Origin: Eledone cirrhosa
Taxonomy: Eukaryota
Direction of reading: 5' to 3'
DNA: 64,000 nucleotides
Assembly: GCA_964016885.1 (NCBI GenBank)
Contig: OZ024743.1
Location: 247,008,001-247,072,000, forward strand
The translations under genes were made by a program, and so were the position numbers. Shown piece after piece: positions 49,207 through 62,253 of this stretch. A model generated the notes under the pieces. It did not search any database. It was not told the DNA's origin and saw nothing but the letters and a program-made list of their open reading frames with translations. Position 1 is the first letter of the stretch; every line of letters starts with the position of its first letter.

Positions 49207-52200
49207 CTACAGGCTGATATAGAGAGAAGGCCCATTCACTCGGGCCATTCTCGCCACTTTCACCCACCTTTCATAAAACTTGCTGGGGTACAGCACCTCT
49301 CTCTCCATCCTGATTCTTCTTCCAAAGTGGTATTTGAAAAAAAGAATCAGTTGTTGGCCGGAGAGAAAGGTGTCTGACCTCAGCCCTTTCAACCTTGTCT
49401 ACCATACAACCTCTTTCGCCATAGCTATCACACAAAGGAAAACCGCCTCTCCTTCGTTTTTGAAGGAGGGTGGCGGTTTGATCATGACAATGGACTCGGT
49501 GGTCAACTGGATTGGTCCCACCCGCGACAATAGTCGTTCTACATAGCCCCACAGGTCAGTGACGCCCGGGCAGTGTATGAATGCGTGCGCGACGGTTTCT
49601 TCGTCTCGCACGCACCTCGGACAGATCTTTTTTGCAGGGTCCCTGCCCGGGCGCCCATGTCTGTAGAGCTTGTCTCGAACTGGTAGAGCTCCTCGGTAGC
49701 ACTGCCAGGCCAGGGACTTTTGGAAGTTGTCCATCGGTCCCGGGCGGAAGGTCCTACCGAACAGACTGGCCAGTTCATCTTCCTCCACGCCTAGAGTTTC
49801 ACCGAGCGCGTCGTCGCACTTGCTGCGGACCAACCCTCTATAGAATGACGAAGTGGAGTCTCCACTGATCGCTGGGTCCGCCTGCCAGAGGGCTGTGAGC
49901 GCCTGAGCACATTCGATGTGCCAGTCGCCCATTTTCCTCGGTCTCTGCTTGACCCAGGACTGCAGCTCGGTCAGCGAGACGAGTCGTGGGAAGGCTCGCC
50001 TCACGAACGGGGCCCACACCGGTTGTCCGGTGAGGAATACGTAGAGATGCCGCAGCCTGAGCGCGTGTTTGCGCATCGTCAACCACGGCATCCCCAGCCC
50101 TCCGTTAGAAGGGTGTTGGCAGCAGATGGATCTTCTTACCAAAGGAGCCCGCCTCTTCCAAAGGAATCGGAAGAGGGCGCGCTCCATTTTGGCGAGCGTT
50201 TTGGCTGGACAAGGCACGACGGTCAAGCGGTAGTAGATGGCGGACGCTATAAAAGTGTTCGCCACCTCCGCTCGACCTTTCAAGGATAGTTTGCACTCGG
50301 CCCACTTCTGGGTGAGTGCAAACACCTTGGCCGTCACTTCGTTCCAGTTCTTCTCCACCTGGAGGTCCGGACCAAACCAGACCCCGAGCAGCTTTACCGG
50401 TCCTTCCGTCCAGCGTCCGACGACGCCATCGGAAGGCATCGGTCTGCCTCTCCACGATCCGAGTTGCAAACCGATGGACTTGTCCCGGTTCAGCTTCGCT
50501 CCTGTGAGACTTTCGTATTCCTTTAGTAAGGTGCCGACTTCCTCGATTTGCGAGGCGCTCGACACCATTACTGTCACGTCGTCGGCGTAGGCCGACGCCG
50601 CTTTCCGCAGTCCCGGTTCCAGAGGGATGCCCTGCAATAGCTCCAGCTTCCGCAGTAGTGGCTCGAGAGTCAGTACGTACAGAAGGGAGGAGAGAGGGCA
50701 TCCCTGTCGAATGGATCGCGTAATATGGAACGGCTCCGAGAGGTAACCGTTCACCTTGACCCTTGAGCAGATGTTGCTGTTGTGCATTGCAGCAATCCAG
50801 CCCCTGAACACGGGTCCGAAGCCTGCCGCCTCGAGCACCGCATCCAGGTAACGATGGTCAACCCTATCGAAAGCCTTAGACTGATCCAAGTTGATCAGGG
50901 CCCCACCGAAGCCGGGTTTACACCCTACCCTCTCTATGATGTATCGCATGAGGTGGAGGTTGTCGTGTATGGACCTGGTCGGGATCGCGCATGTCTGCGC
51001 TTCTCCCACCAGGTTCTCGACGACAAGCGCCAGCCTCTTTGCCAACACCTTGGCCAAAATCTGTAACTCTGTGTTTAGCAGAGTTATGGGCCGGAAGTTG
51101 CCTATGTCATCCCCCTTATTCTCGTCCTTCCTGATTAGTGTGACCACGCCCCCGGTTACAGAACTGGGAATTCTCCCGTTCTGTTGCCAGTTGCAGTAGA
51201 CCGCTTCCAGGAGACCGGAGAATAAGTCCGGCATTGCTACGTAAAATTCGTAGGGTAGACCGTCGAGACCTGGAGATTTGCGTTTGCCGCATTGGCTCAG
51301 CGCGTCCCCTATCTCAGTGGCTGAAATCGGCTTTTCGCAGAACTTCGCCTCACTGTCCGAGAGTCGCGGTAGGCCGTCGAGGTATGGACCGAAATCCATA
51401 GCCTCTCCCGGCGCGCCGCTCCCCCCGAACAGCCGAGCAAAGTGCCGCTGAAAAGCCGCACACATCTGCTTCGGCTCACGTATCACGCGTCCGTTTTGGT
51501 CCTTCAAAGACCGAATCGTGGACTTGTTGCCACTTTTTGCCTCCGTCACTCGGGCCCAGCTAACAGCTTTGGCTCCCTCGTTTCCCAGAGCACGTATTTT
51601 GCTTCTGACAACGCAGCCCTCGTGCTTTGCGTCGAAGAACTGGTCCAAGGCCGTTCTCGTTGCTAGCACGCTGGCTACGTTGCCACTTCTAATTGCCTCT
51701 TCTACTTTATCTACCAGTTCCTTCTCGGTTCTATTTCTATCTAACGCTAATTCTTTACTAAAAACTATCGAGTCTAATCTAACTGCCCTCTTGAGAGAGT
51801 ACCACCATCTGTTGTTGACAATGGCCCCTGTCAAGTGCTGTTTAACTAAAGTGCTAATCCGTCTACTGTAGGCTTTGCTTGTCGGTAACGACAAGTTCAG
51901 CTTCCAGTAGCCGGGTCCTTGTCTATGGGTTCTATCAAGGTTGGCCATGCAGGTCACTAGTTTGTGATCTGAATAGGCAACCATGAACATTTGTGGACAG
52001 CTTAACATGTCCCTATCCTTATTTCTAACTAGAACCCTATCTAGGTACGATCTAGATGTTCCGCTACGATTACTCCACGTCCACATTGGCGCAGTCGGAA
52101 AATCTAGTCGATATCTATCGGCCAGGTCAAATCGGTCGATTAACTGTTTGAGGCTGTTACACCCCCCTTTGTCGGGACATGCTCCCACATAGTCCCAACG

Positions 52201-52644
52201 TGCATCTAGGATTCCATTCCAGTCCCCCACTAAAAGCAAGGAGCGGGACGTTCCCAGAAAAGTCTCTAGACGTTTGAAGAAGTCTGGCCGCGGTGTCCCG
52301 GATGGGGCATATGCGGCCACCAGCCTGAAGGCTCCACCTTCACTACCGTCAACGTCTAGGACCACCAGTCGACCCTCCGGGTCCAGATGTACCGTCTGTG
52401 TTACGAGGCCCAGGTGTTTCCGCAGCAAAACGGCAACTCCGCCCCCACCCCCCGGTTGACAGAGAGATGCGTAGATTTCAAAGTCATCGAAGATGGGGGC
52501 CAGCTGTCGCTCGCCGTGGATCCTGGACTCGCAAATGGCTACCACATCCAAACTGTGTGACCTGAGGTCGTTTAAGAGTTTGCCCTGTTTCCAGGGCATC
52601 CCCAGGCCGCGTACGTTAACACATCCAACTCTTATATTGGCCAT
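49207..52644 (-). CDS. LINE ORF2: APE endonuclease, reverse transcriptase, C-terminal zinc finger (premature TAG at 49401-49399)
   Basis: NVRGL, GDWN, SYLDR, SDH (APE); PGLDG, FRPITLLN, DQSKAFDRVDH, QGCPLS, YADD (RT); CPRC..ETVAHAFIHC (zf-RVT). DQxKAFDRVDH and GGLG are typical of the Tx1/L1 group. Copies A and B have TGG at the stop position, so the consensus ORF is 1145 aa. Confidence 0.93.
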
Positions 52645-52677
52645 GTTGGTGCTGAAAAGTTAAAAGAGGAAAAGAGA

Positions 52678-53310
52678 TCACTCACCCTTCGCCTCCTGGG
52701 GACCAGGCCGCACGATTTCCATGGGGGTGTTGGAGGGGTTGTCTGGATGGGTGGTGGTTTCCGGCGGGGTGGGGACGCAGATGTTTGGTGGGGTGGGGTC
52801 TGGTGGAATGGGGGTGTCTGGGGTGGGGAGGTATTTGAGAAGGACGCGGTTGAGTGGTTTCACGCAGGAATTCCCCACATCCTTCTCAAATGTTTCTTTT
52901 AGGGACCTATAAGTTTGTATAGGGACCCTAATCAGTTTTAGGTTCATTTTTTTGCTATTTTTTATAGAGTGGGCGAAAGTTTTCCCTTCGGTGAAAACCG
53001 AAGGGTCGTTCGTAATGGTCTCCATTAGTGTTTTGTTTTCAGTGTTTATGTAAGTGTAAGTGTAATTTTCTTGTGTTGTGTTTGTTTTTGTCTGTAGTTC
53101 TTGTGTGTGCTTTCGTTTTGTTGTAGGTATTTTGTTTTCAGGAGGTGGGGGTTTTGTTTGTGATATTTTTGTTGTTTGTGTTGGTGGTTGTATGTTTGTG
53201 GTAGTGTTTGCTGGTTTTTTGCTTTTGTGATGTCTTTTCTTTCTTTTCGAGCGATGGGGTTCTCCCTCGTCTTCACTGGGTGATGGCGAGATAGCCTCAT
53301 CTGTTGTATC
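52678..53310 (-). CDS. LINE ORF1 C-terminal fragment (5'-truncated)
   Basis: Open frame ending 33 bp before the ORF2 ATG; basic KRKKRHHK and Pro/Thr-rich segments. The listed start codon lies in the microsatellite flank and is not real. Confidence 0.7.
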   Translation of the reverse strand, partial: DTTDEAISPSPSEDEGEPHRSKRKKRHHKSKKPANTTTNIQPPTQTTKISQTKPPPPENKIPTTKRKHTQELQTKTNTTQENYTYTYINTENKTLMETITNDPSVFTEGKTFAHSIKNSKKMNLKLIRVPIQTYRSLKETFEKDVGNSCVKPLNRVLLKYLPTPDTPIPPDPTPPNICVPTPPETTTHPDNPSNTPMEIVRPGPQEAKGE

Positions 53311-53537
53311 GTATAGATAAGTAGATAGATAGATAGATGCATATATATATCCCACACTGTAACATAGTTGGTGTTAAGAAGGGCATCCAGCTATAGAAAC
53401 CAAGCTAAAATACAGATCAATATGAGCATGACATGGTCTCCAGACCTGACTTGTCTCAAAACGTGACAACCCATCTAACCCATGCAAGCGTAGAAAATGG
53501 ACATGAAGCAATGATGATAATGAGAATTATATATATA

Positions 53538-54393
53538 CTAGCAGTAAAGCCCGGCGTTGCTCGGGGTCGCTCAGTAGCTGTGTTAAAGTTACAATGTTAA
53601 GTTTCTTTTTTGGCTTAAAAACTGTAGTGTCTACTGTGCAGACTTGCATGTGGTGTTTTTGATTAATATTCCCTCAACCAACAATATGCCTTATGAAGTC
53701 AAGAAAACATAACGATAACCCGAATGTTATAACAAAAGAGGATGCTGGGGATAAAAACTGCACTGGTTATTTATTAACAAAGATCGAAAATGTAAACACT
53801 GCAACGCAGAGAAAAACATTAGCGTAACCAAATTATCAGTTATGTCTGTCTGCACGCCTATATCACCTCTCTGCACGACTATCTGTCTGCACGCCTATAT
53901 CACCTCTCTGCACGACTATCTGTCTGCACGCCTAACGAAATTTACAGATACATATATTTTAAATAAACTTATATAATTTTTGCTTTTTTTTACGAAATAT
54001 TTGCTTGTTTTAAGTAGTTTTTAAATAGACTTGTTTTCAAGTAAACATATTGTTTTAAAAGGCTTGTTTTACGTAGTCTTTAAATCGTGTATTGTGTTAA
54101 TGTCATTTTAAACGTTGAGAAAGCCAGCGTAATTTTTTTAATTTTTGCACGCAGACGCTCAATGTAAACAGAACAAAGGGAAATAACTGATCACTTACGC
54201 TCAAAAATCGATACATTATATTCGATTTCGTCAGATAGGGCGGGTCAATTTGAAATATTTTTTTTCCGATGTCTTCGCTAGGGCTCATTGTACAAGTATA
54301 GCAATTTCGGTGCAATTCCGTGAGAGATTCTAAGAGGAGATGTGTGCCAAAAATCGATAGACAGACAGACAACCTCAGTTTTATATATATAGA
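53538..54393 (-). mobile_element. Non-autonomous Helitron, copy 2
   Basis: Reverse complement of 3771-4735: A|TC start at 54393, hairpin plus CTAG|T end at 53538, with fewer internal 37-bp units. Confidence 0.85.
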
Positions 54394-55248
54394 TAAATAT
54401 ATATATATATATATATATTAGGGAGATAGAAGGTTTGGAAGCTAAAGGACCTCTTTCGGTTAAATATAGGATGCACTTGATGAGAAGGATGACAAGCTAG
54501 ATGCATATAACATAGAGCACAACTGGAAGTTCTTATGAGACAACATTTTGTGAACTACTGATGAGACTTATGGCTGGAGTAAAGCACCAGCCTGACAGAG
54601 GGTGATGAGGTGGTGGAACAGCATGGTAGATAGAGCTATTAAAGCCAAGAGACTGATTAGTAAAATGGGAATAGCAGAGACTTGTACCAGATAACTAAAA
54701 AAGAAGCTAGGCGATAGGTATACACATCATCATGATCATCATCATTTAACTTCTATTTTCGATGCTTGCATGGCTTAGACAGGTTGTCGTGTTATGAGAC
54801 AAGTCAGGTCCAGAGACCACATCTTGCTCATATGGATCTGTATTTTGGTTTGGTTTCTATGGCTGGATGCTCTTCCTGCTACCAACCATATTACCATGTG
54901 AACTGGGTGCTTTATGTTTCATTTCACTTTGTGCACATGGAGGGGGAAGGGTCTTCTACAGCATGATGCCAGATATCTTGATCCTATATCATCTCCTTTG
55001 TGAGATTTCATTGGGCAAGCTCATACCAAATTTTCCTAGGTCGTCTTCTTCCAAAGTTGTTATCAACTTTGTTGATGATTATTCGTCCCTCCGACGGCTG
55101 AACTCCGGCTGTTTAGACATACCTGTCGAAACGGTTGGAGCTCAGCCATTGGGGTCCTGACTCTTTTCTTATTACTCACTCTACTACCCTAAGTATTGAG
55201 TACTCTGGTGTGTTATGGTCCACCTGGTATCTTACTACACCATCTTTG

Positions 55249-55310
<62 letters not shown>

Positions 55311-55333
55311 ATATGATGATGATGATGATGATG

Positions 55334-55365
<32 letters not shown>

Positions 55366-56841
55366 TGAAGTTATATATATGTATATATATATGCTTACAC
55401 ATATACATGCATACATAATTGTATACATTTCTTCTTTATCTTTCTATTCCATGTATCTCATCTGCCATTCCTTCTTTCTAGCAGTAAAAGAGGCAGTGCG
55501 AGGAATGAGAGCATCTGTGAGTTGTGCTTGTAATTTGCTGGTTAGTATGTATATATGTATGAACCTGTAACTCCTGGTGGAGATGTAGGAGTGCTGCACT
55601 GACATTTTAAACTGGGTGAAATTCATCCCTCTAAAGGTCTGAACACAGTCCATTTCTTCCACAGAAGGAAAGGAAGTGAGGGATATAAAAAAAAGGGGTC
55701 TACCCAATACTGGACTGGTACTTTATTGACCTCAAAAGGACGAAAAGTAAAGTTGACCTCAGCAGGTGGAACAAATACCATGAAATATTCTATCCAAAGT
55801 TCTAATGACTCTGCCAATCAGCACATACTGGTTAGTATAACTTTACCATATAATTGGTGACTTTTTTTTTGTATATTCCACAATATTTTCATGAATAGCA
55901 GCAGAACCATCCCAATTATGTGAACAGTACACCAAACTTATCGCATTTAAGTTTTGTTGTATGTGTGATGTTAATGTGCATGTATGGCAAAACATGGATG
56001 GGCTGAAATAATAACCGGGTATAAGTGGAATCAAATGTAGTGTGTGAGAGAGAAGACTGTGCTGGTATGGATATGTGATGTGTTTAGATGATGATCATTG
56101 GGTAAAAAATGTTGGGAGTTCCCAGCAGAGGGAAGCTGCAGTAGAGGAAGACCAAGGAAAACTTGGGAAAGAATGGTGAGAGCGAATCTCACTGAGGAGA
56201 TAACTGAAGTATGCAACATGTGAAGGAAGGCTGCATTGGAAAAGACATGTCCAACCCATGCAAACATGGAAAACGGCATAAAAAGATGATGATGATGATG
56301 ACGATGATCTGAAACTAGCCATGGATGAAATGTTTTCAGACCCTCAAAAGAGAAACCTAGATTTTGGTGGTGAAGTTTTAATGATACTATATAAGTAAGA
56401 TCGCAACAAGAGACTGTCAGTATTTGTGAGGCCAAGCATTTATAGCAACCTTGAAATTTTTTATTGCGAACTGTTACAACAAGAAACTAGTACACTGTTT
56501 TATTAACTTTTTTTAGTTTTTTACTGGAAGGCTCTCCCAATAAGGTGACCAATAACCAGCAATATAGCAAGCCCCAAGCAGCCACTTTATTTGTTCAGAG
56601 TTACAAAAGAGAAAGAAGAAAAATCTTATGAGATACTGCCTTTGAAATCAGAAAACCCTCAGTAGAAGATTTAAAAGGATTAAGATTATACACATCTAGG
56701 AAACAAGAAGAAGGAAGAGAGTTCCATAAGACAGACATTTGAAAAAACTACTAGAGTAGAAACTCTTCTTAGAAGAGGAAACAACCATAGTGAAAGGATG
56801 AGAATTACTAGAAAGATGAGTTACTTGATTAATAACCTTAG

Positions 56842-57049
56842 CCCTTTAGTATTTAAACTGGCTGTATGCAGCCAGAATTCTCTCAACTCTTTCTGTTTAA
56901 ACCGGCCATAACCAGCCACTCATACTGATGTTAAGGTATTGTTCTCAAAATTAATAATATCAAAATATCATAAATTCAATATTATGTGAGATAAAGCCTT
57001 TACCGTGAAAATACAATAGTATATATAGAGTAATGTAAACGCTAAAGGG
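56842..57049. mobile_element. piggyBac-like MITE
   Basis: CCCTTTAGTATTTA...TAAACGCTAAAGGG|TTAA; inverted relative of 15462-15681. Confidence 0.75.
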
Positions 57050-57609
57050 TTAAGTGGAGGAATAAGTGAAGAAAGTTCAGTGAAACAACAATCATGGAAA
57101 TATCTATAGAATAGAGATAGAGATGCAATATCTCAGTGTCTTTGTGCAGTTGAGAAAACCAAATTATCATTGCTTTTGAAGTTACATTGAAGCTGTACAT
57201 ATCTGTTAGAAGATGTTTAATTTCTGTGTGAATGACACCAGTGTGCAAAAGATTAAGGAATAGGGAAGAGTGATATCATTGACATATGAGTGTGTATGGT
57301 TAGAAGAAACAGTCATATAATGATTTCATAAAAGCTTTTTCATAAAAAATGTGCCATTTAATGTAGCACATGTGTACAAGCACATATATATCAGACACAA
57401 AGTTGCTCCACACTGTCAATTTACTCATCATCCCTCTATATAAATGTTAAATGTTCTTAGTCCCCAAGCAACTCAGGTGGTTAGGTCATGCACTGAAAAT
57501 GAACCAGGACAGGATTTCAAAGGTAGTAACAACACATAGAAAGTGAAAGCTCAAACGGTCATAGTACACTTGGCATATTGAAGGCAAGCTGAAAGAAATA
57601 TATCTTACA

Positions 57610-58065
57610 TGGCACCAAGCACAGAGAGTTGCTAATAACTGGTCCTATATGGAGCAAGGTACAGAGTTGCTAAATACTAGTCTTACATGAGACAAGGTAC
57701 AGTGTTACTAAAGACTGGTCTTACATAGGACAAAGTACAGTGTTGCTAAAGACTGGTCTTATATGGTGTAAGGTATAGCATGTTACTAAGAACTGGTCTT
57801 ACATGGGACAAGGTACTGAGAGCTGCTGAAGACTGATCTTACATAGGAGAAGGTACTAAGAGCTGCTAAAGATTGGTCTTACATGAGACAAGGTACAGAG
57901 AGTTGCTAAAGACTGGTCTTACATGAGACAAGGTACAGAGTTGCTAAAGACTGGTCTTATATGGGACAAGGTAGTGAGTTACTAAAGACTGGTCTTATAT
58001 GGGATAAGGTAGAGAGTTGTTAAATACTGGTATTATATCGGACAAGGTACTGAGTTGCTAAAGAT
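57610..58065. repeat. Degenerate ~39-bp minisatellite
   Basis: Unit approximately gagttgctaaagactggtcttacatgagacaaggtaca, about 11 copies. Confidence 0.85.
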
Positions 58066-58722
58066 CAGTGTGAATGCCTTTGAAATGTCAAAGCCTTATT
58101 TCCCATTCATAAAGAAAAGTATTAGTAATAATTATCAAAATAGTATTACAAATAGAAAGAGAAAAAAAAGAAAGAAAAGGGAAAGGAAAAGAGAAATAGA
58201 AAAAAAAACACAAGCAGGTAATACATACATCTAGGACCACATGCAACAAAAGGCAAGCGAAAAGGGTAGACAAATGTACTGCTACCAGAGCAAAAGATAA
58301 TAATATCGCAAGGAGCACTGGGAAACCTCTCTAATAATTTTTGAGGCAAACCAGCATGCTCGCAGTGTTACCTCAGATATGGTAAGGCTGATACACTGGA
58401 ACAACCAGGCATCACCCATTACCTTGGTTAGGTGAGCCACCAGTGAAGATGAGAACCTCGCAGCCAGTAGCCCGACTGGTTTCTAATTTAAGCACAATGC
58501 CAGCAATTTCTGAGAAGAGGAAAGTTGATCAAATCAAACCCAGTACCTGACTGGTTCTTTATTTTATTGACCACAGAAGGATAAAAGGCAAAGGTGACAC
58601 TGGTGTGATTTGAACTCAAAATGTAAAGAGCTGGTATAAATAATGCAAAGCCTTTTGTCTGATATGCAAATGATTCTGCTAATCTTCCACCCTAACAGTA
58701 TTAACAATAATAACTATTTTAA

Positions 58723-58902
58723 CCCTATTGTATTTTCATGGTAAAGGCTTTATCACACATAATATCGAATCTATGAGATTTTGATATTATTTATTTTGAG
58801 AACAATACCTTAAGATAAGAATGATCAGCCACTTATGGCCTATTTGAACAGAAAGAGGTGAGAGAATTCTGGCCAGATATGGCCGGTTTAAATGCTGAAG
58901 GG
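58723..58902. mobile_element. piggyBac-like MITE (left end internally deleted)
   Basis: TTAA|CCC...TAAATGCTGAAGGG|TTAA; the body matches 15462-15681. Confidence 0.7.
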
Positions 58903-60017
58903 TTAAAATAGTTTGGAGTTGTACTTGCTTGGCAAAGGACTTGAACTGAGTCTGTGCATTGAAGCTAAAACAATTAAATCATGGAATAGTCACTTTAGCT
59001 ATTTGGAAACACTATTTCTATTTATCAACAATGTTAGATATTTGCTGTTAGTGTTTAATGATATACTCTACATTAATGGTTCGTAACCTGTAGTCTATGA
59101 ATCTCTTGGAGGTGCACAAAGGTAGTACTGGGGGTCCATAAGCTTGTTGGGTAGACAGGCTTTTCAAAAGCCTTAGGCCCATGAACCCCAGGGAGTCTAT
59201 AAATGTAGTAATTGGAGCTCCAATTACTACATTTATAGGGCAGACAGACCCTTTTAAAATCCTGGGGCCCGTGGGAAAATTCATTTGGTAGTGAAAAAAT
59301 TGAGAATGCCCTGTTTGATGTTAATCAATTCTACAAAGTTGATAAAATCTTCAGTTTATCAGCTCCATGTTAATTTTCTCCTTGTGGCATCCCGCCAAAC
59401 TAGCTCTGCATTTCCTAATATATCTAACTCACTCACAAGGTTTTTAAAAGGTCAATAAAGCTCCACTGAAGTAGTAGTATGTAGTTTAAGGGAAACAATC
59501 CAATGAGATGGCATAATTAATTTAGTGTGGTATGAATAAATAAAAGCAATGTCATGTAAACAGATGTCAACAAACGGCTTATTTATTGTAACAACTGATG
59601 TTATCACTCAGTAAACATAGACAAACTAAAGTGGTTTACTAAATTAATTCTTTACTAGAAACTGGTTTAGTTCTAGAGTCATCTATGTTTGCAGTGTTAT
59701 CCTCACATTGAAGTATCAAACAGTCTGGCCCAGTTAAGCAAACATGTAAGTCCATGTATATGATGATTTTTCTTCCATTATTTGTCGTTGTTCTCTCCTT
59801 TTCTATCACTTATAAATCTGTCAGTTCAGTGACTCATACAGTAAATATTTTGAACTGGTATTTTAAAAAGATGTTGCTGTGTTCTTAAGGAGTTTGTTTT
59901 GCAGCATGTGATGTGTTAGGTTCACTGTTGCAGTGTGGCACCTTGGGCAAGGGAATTCTACTATAGCCTACAGGTTAACAAATGAAGCTTATCATATGTG
60001 TTTGATGTGTATGTGTA

Positions 60018-60088
<71 letters not shown>

Positions 60089-60420
60089 ATGTAACTTAGT
60101 AGTGATTGATAAAATAAGTACTAGTTTCAATATGATCAACTATATCAAGGCAGTGCCCCAGCATGGCCGCAGTCTAATGAGTGAAGAGGGTAAATCATTA
60201 CAAGTGACATTTGATTTTGTTTATTTCTACTTAGTTTTTCTGCACAGTTTTATCTAATTAGTTCTATGAGAAGTTTCCAAGCAACCGTCACTTTGTATAG
60301 CAGTGATTACTACCTTATTTCAGGTGCCATGAAGCTGTCTTTATACTGGAGAGGAAGGTTATTAAAAAATTGTGAGCACACATACACACATCACACTATA
60401 TATATACATACATACATACA

Positions 60421-60502
<82 letters not shown>

Positions 60503-60744
60503 TTTTTAATTTTATTTGCGAGATTTCTTATCTGAAAACGTGTTGAAACAGATATTGTTATACTTTGGGAGCATGACCCTCCCAAAGTATAACACTATAT
60601 ACATATCCATGCTAGCATGGAAAATGGATGTTAAATGATGATGATGATGATGATGATGATATATATATCATCATCATCATCTTCATTTAACGTCCATTTT
60701 CCACACTAACATGGGTTAGACAGGGATATATATATATATATATA

Positions 60745-60780
<36 letters not shown>

Positions 60781-62074
60781 CTGCAGGATGTCCAAAGTCA
60801 CCCCCCTCACCAAGAAACCTTGGTAGAGTTGTCAGTTTAGTCGCCAATGACCCGACCATGAGACAGGTTGTACTGGGATACATGTTACCAGTAGCACCAA
60901 CTGGTGACCTGACATAACAAAACCTGTCAAAGGGCAAAGGAGCTCTTAAGAGTCAATGGCCATCTAAAATCACCGGGAGAGATGACCCTTTAGCCTTTGT
61001 CAAGGCAGAATTCTAGGAGAAGGAAAACTCTGATATAACACCTGCAACCCTGATGGTATCCAATGATGTTGACTTGTTCTTCTTTTTGGTAATTATCATC
61101 TTGGTTAAGAGCGTGGGACTGTCTTTGTGCAGTGCCTTTGCTCACTATAAAAGCTTCACGGCACAGGCATTGCTTTATATCTGGAGATCTCTCTGCACTT
61201 GTCGTCACATGGTATCATGGGCCCAGCACTATGTGTCAATAACTGTCACAGGTGTAGTGTTTGTACCAGAGTTTTCAAGTCGCTGGCTGGACTAAAAAGT
61301 CACACTCGTTCAGCGCATCGGTAGGGGTTCTACATGGATATAAGGTAGTGGCCGTACTCGAAAACGAGTTGGCAGCCACCATATATATATATATATATAA
61401 GCTTTATATATATATATATAAAGAGAGCTTGAATGAATACCACAAAGCATTCTATCTGACTTCTAATGACAGCCAATTTGCTGCCTGTAGCTTATCATAT
61501 AATCTCCTTTCCACTGAGGCTTTGTATCTCTGTAGAAAATCTTTATTTAAATATGCTAATCACAGCTACAATTGATTAACTGAATTCACGAGCTAATTTT
61601 TCTTCTTTTTTTTAAATAAATCCCTTTGCCTCTACCAAAAAAAGAGTCGAAAGGGCTCTTCAATTGTGTAAAAGGCATGGCAACTTCTCTAATGTTGGTA
61701 AAACAATAAAACATATTCACTACACTCTGTGGAGGGGATGGTGATAGGAAGGGCAGGGCATCCAACAATAGAAAATTTACCAGACAAAGAATTGAAAGAA
61801 CACTTCAGTTGTATCAAAGATATGACAACCTCCCTACTGCTTGTGCCATGATAAAATACAACCTGTGCACCCTTGAGTGATCAGTAGTTCTGATTTAGGA
61901 CTGACTTGCTAACAGAGAATAAACATTAAAAATAACCTGCTTTGTATCATGGTTTTGGATGGCTTTGTATCAAAAAAGTTTATGTAATGATTGAATTGTG
62001 TTGTTTTTTAAATATAATTGTAATGATAATGCTATTTGTGTCACACAGACACATTTTAACCCAATTGTCGTACA

Positions 62075-62253
62075 ATGAACGAAGTGCACGCTATGGGGGA
62101 ACACTGTTTACTATCAGTTATTGATGAAGAGTCTCAGCTGAAGGTACAAAAAATGGATGAAATTGAAGAATTAAAAGAAAAGCTCAAACAGAGTCAAGCT
62201 GAAACTGGGAGAGTTCTAGAACAATTAAATAACCTAATTCTCCTTATAAAACG
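62075..62253 (+). CDS. First coding exon of an unidentified coiled-coil protein gene
   Basis: Acceptor cacAG at 62048, in-frame stop at 62057-62059, ATG at 62075; MNEVHAMGEHCLLSVIDEESQLKVQKMDEIEELKEKLKQSQAETGRVLEQLNNLILLIK(R) with heptad-like pattern; donor CG|GTATGT at 62254. Confidence 0.6.

Larger units (their letters stand above)
48967..53312 (-). mobile_element. Tx1/L1-clade LINE copy C (truncated within ORF1, ~4.3 kb)
   Basis: ORF1 C-terminal fragment, 33-bp spacer, complete-length ORF2 and 3' UTR; flanked by (GATA)n at 48921-48967 and 53313-53338. Confidence 0.93.

Noticed and set aside
49399-49401. Premature UAG in LINE ORF2 as an A-to-I editing switch (UAG to UIG, Trp)
   Set aside because: Attractive in a cephalopod, but the other differences between copies A and C go in both directions rather than consistently A to G. 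An ordinary post-insertion mutation is simpler.
46084-52459. Numerous overlapping or antisense ORFs across the Tx1 copies
   Set aside because: Expected by-products of GC-rich coding sequence; none shows independent motifs.
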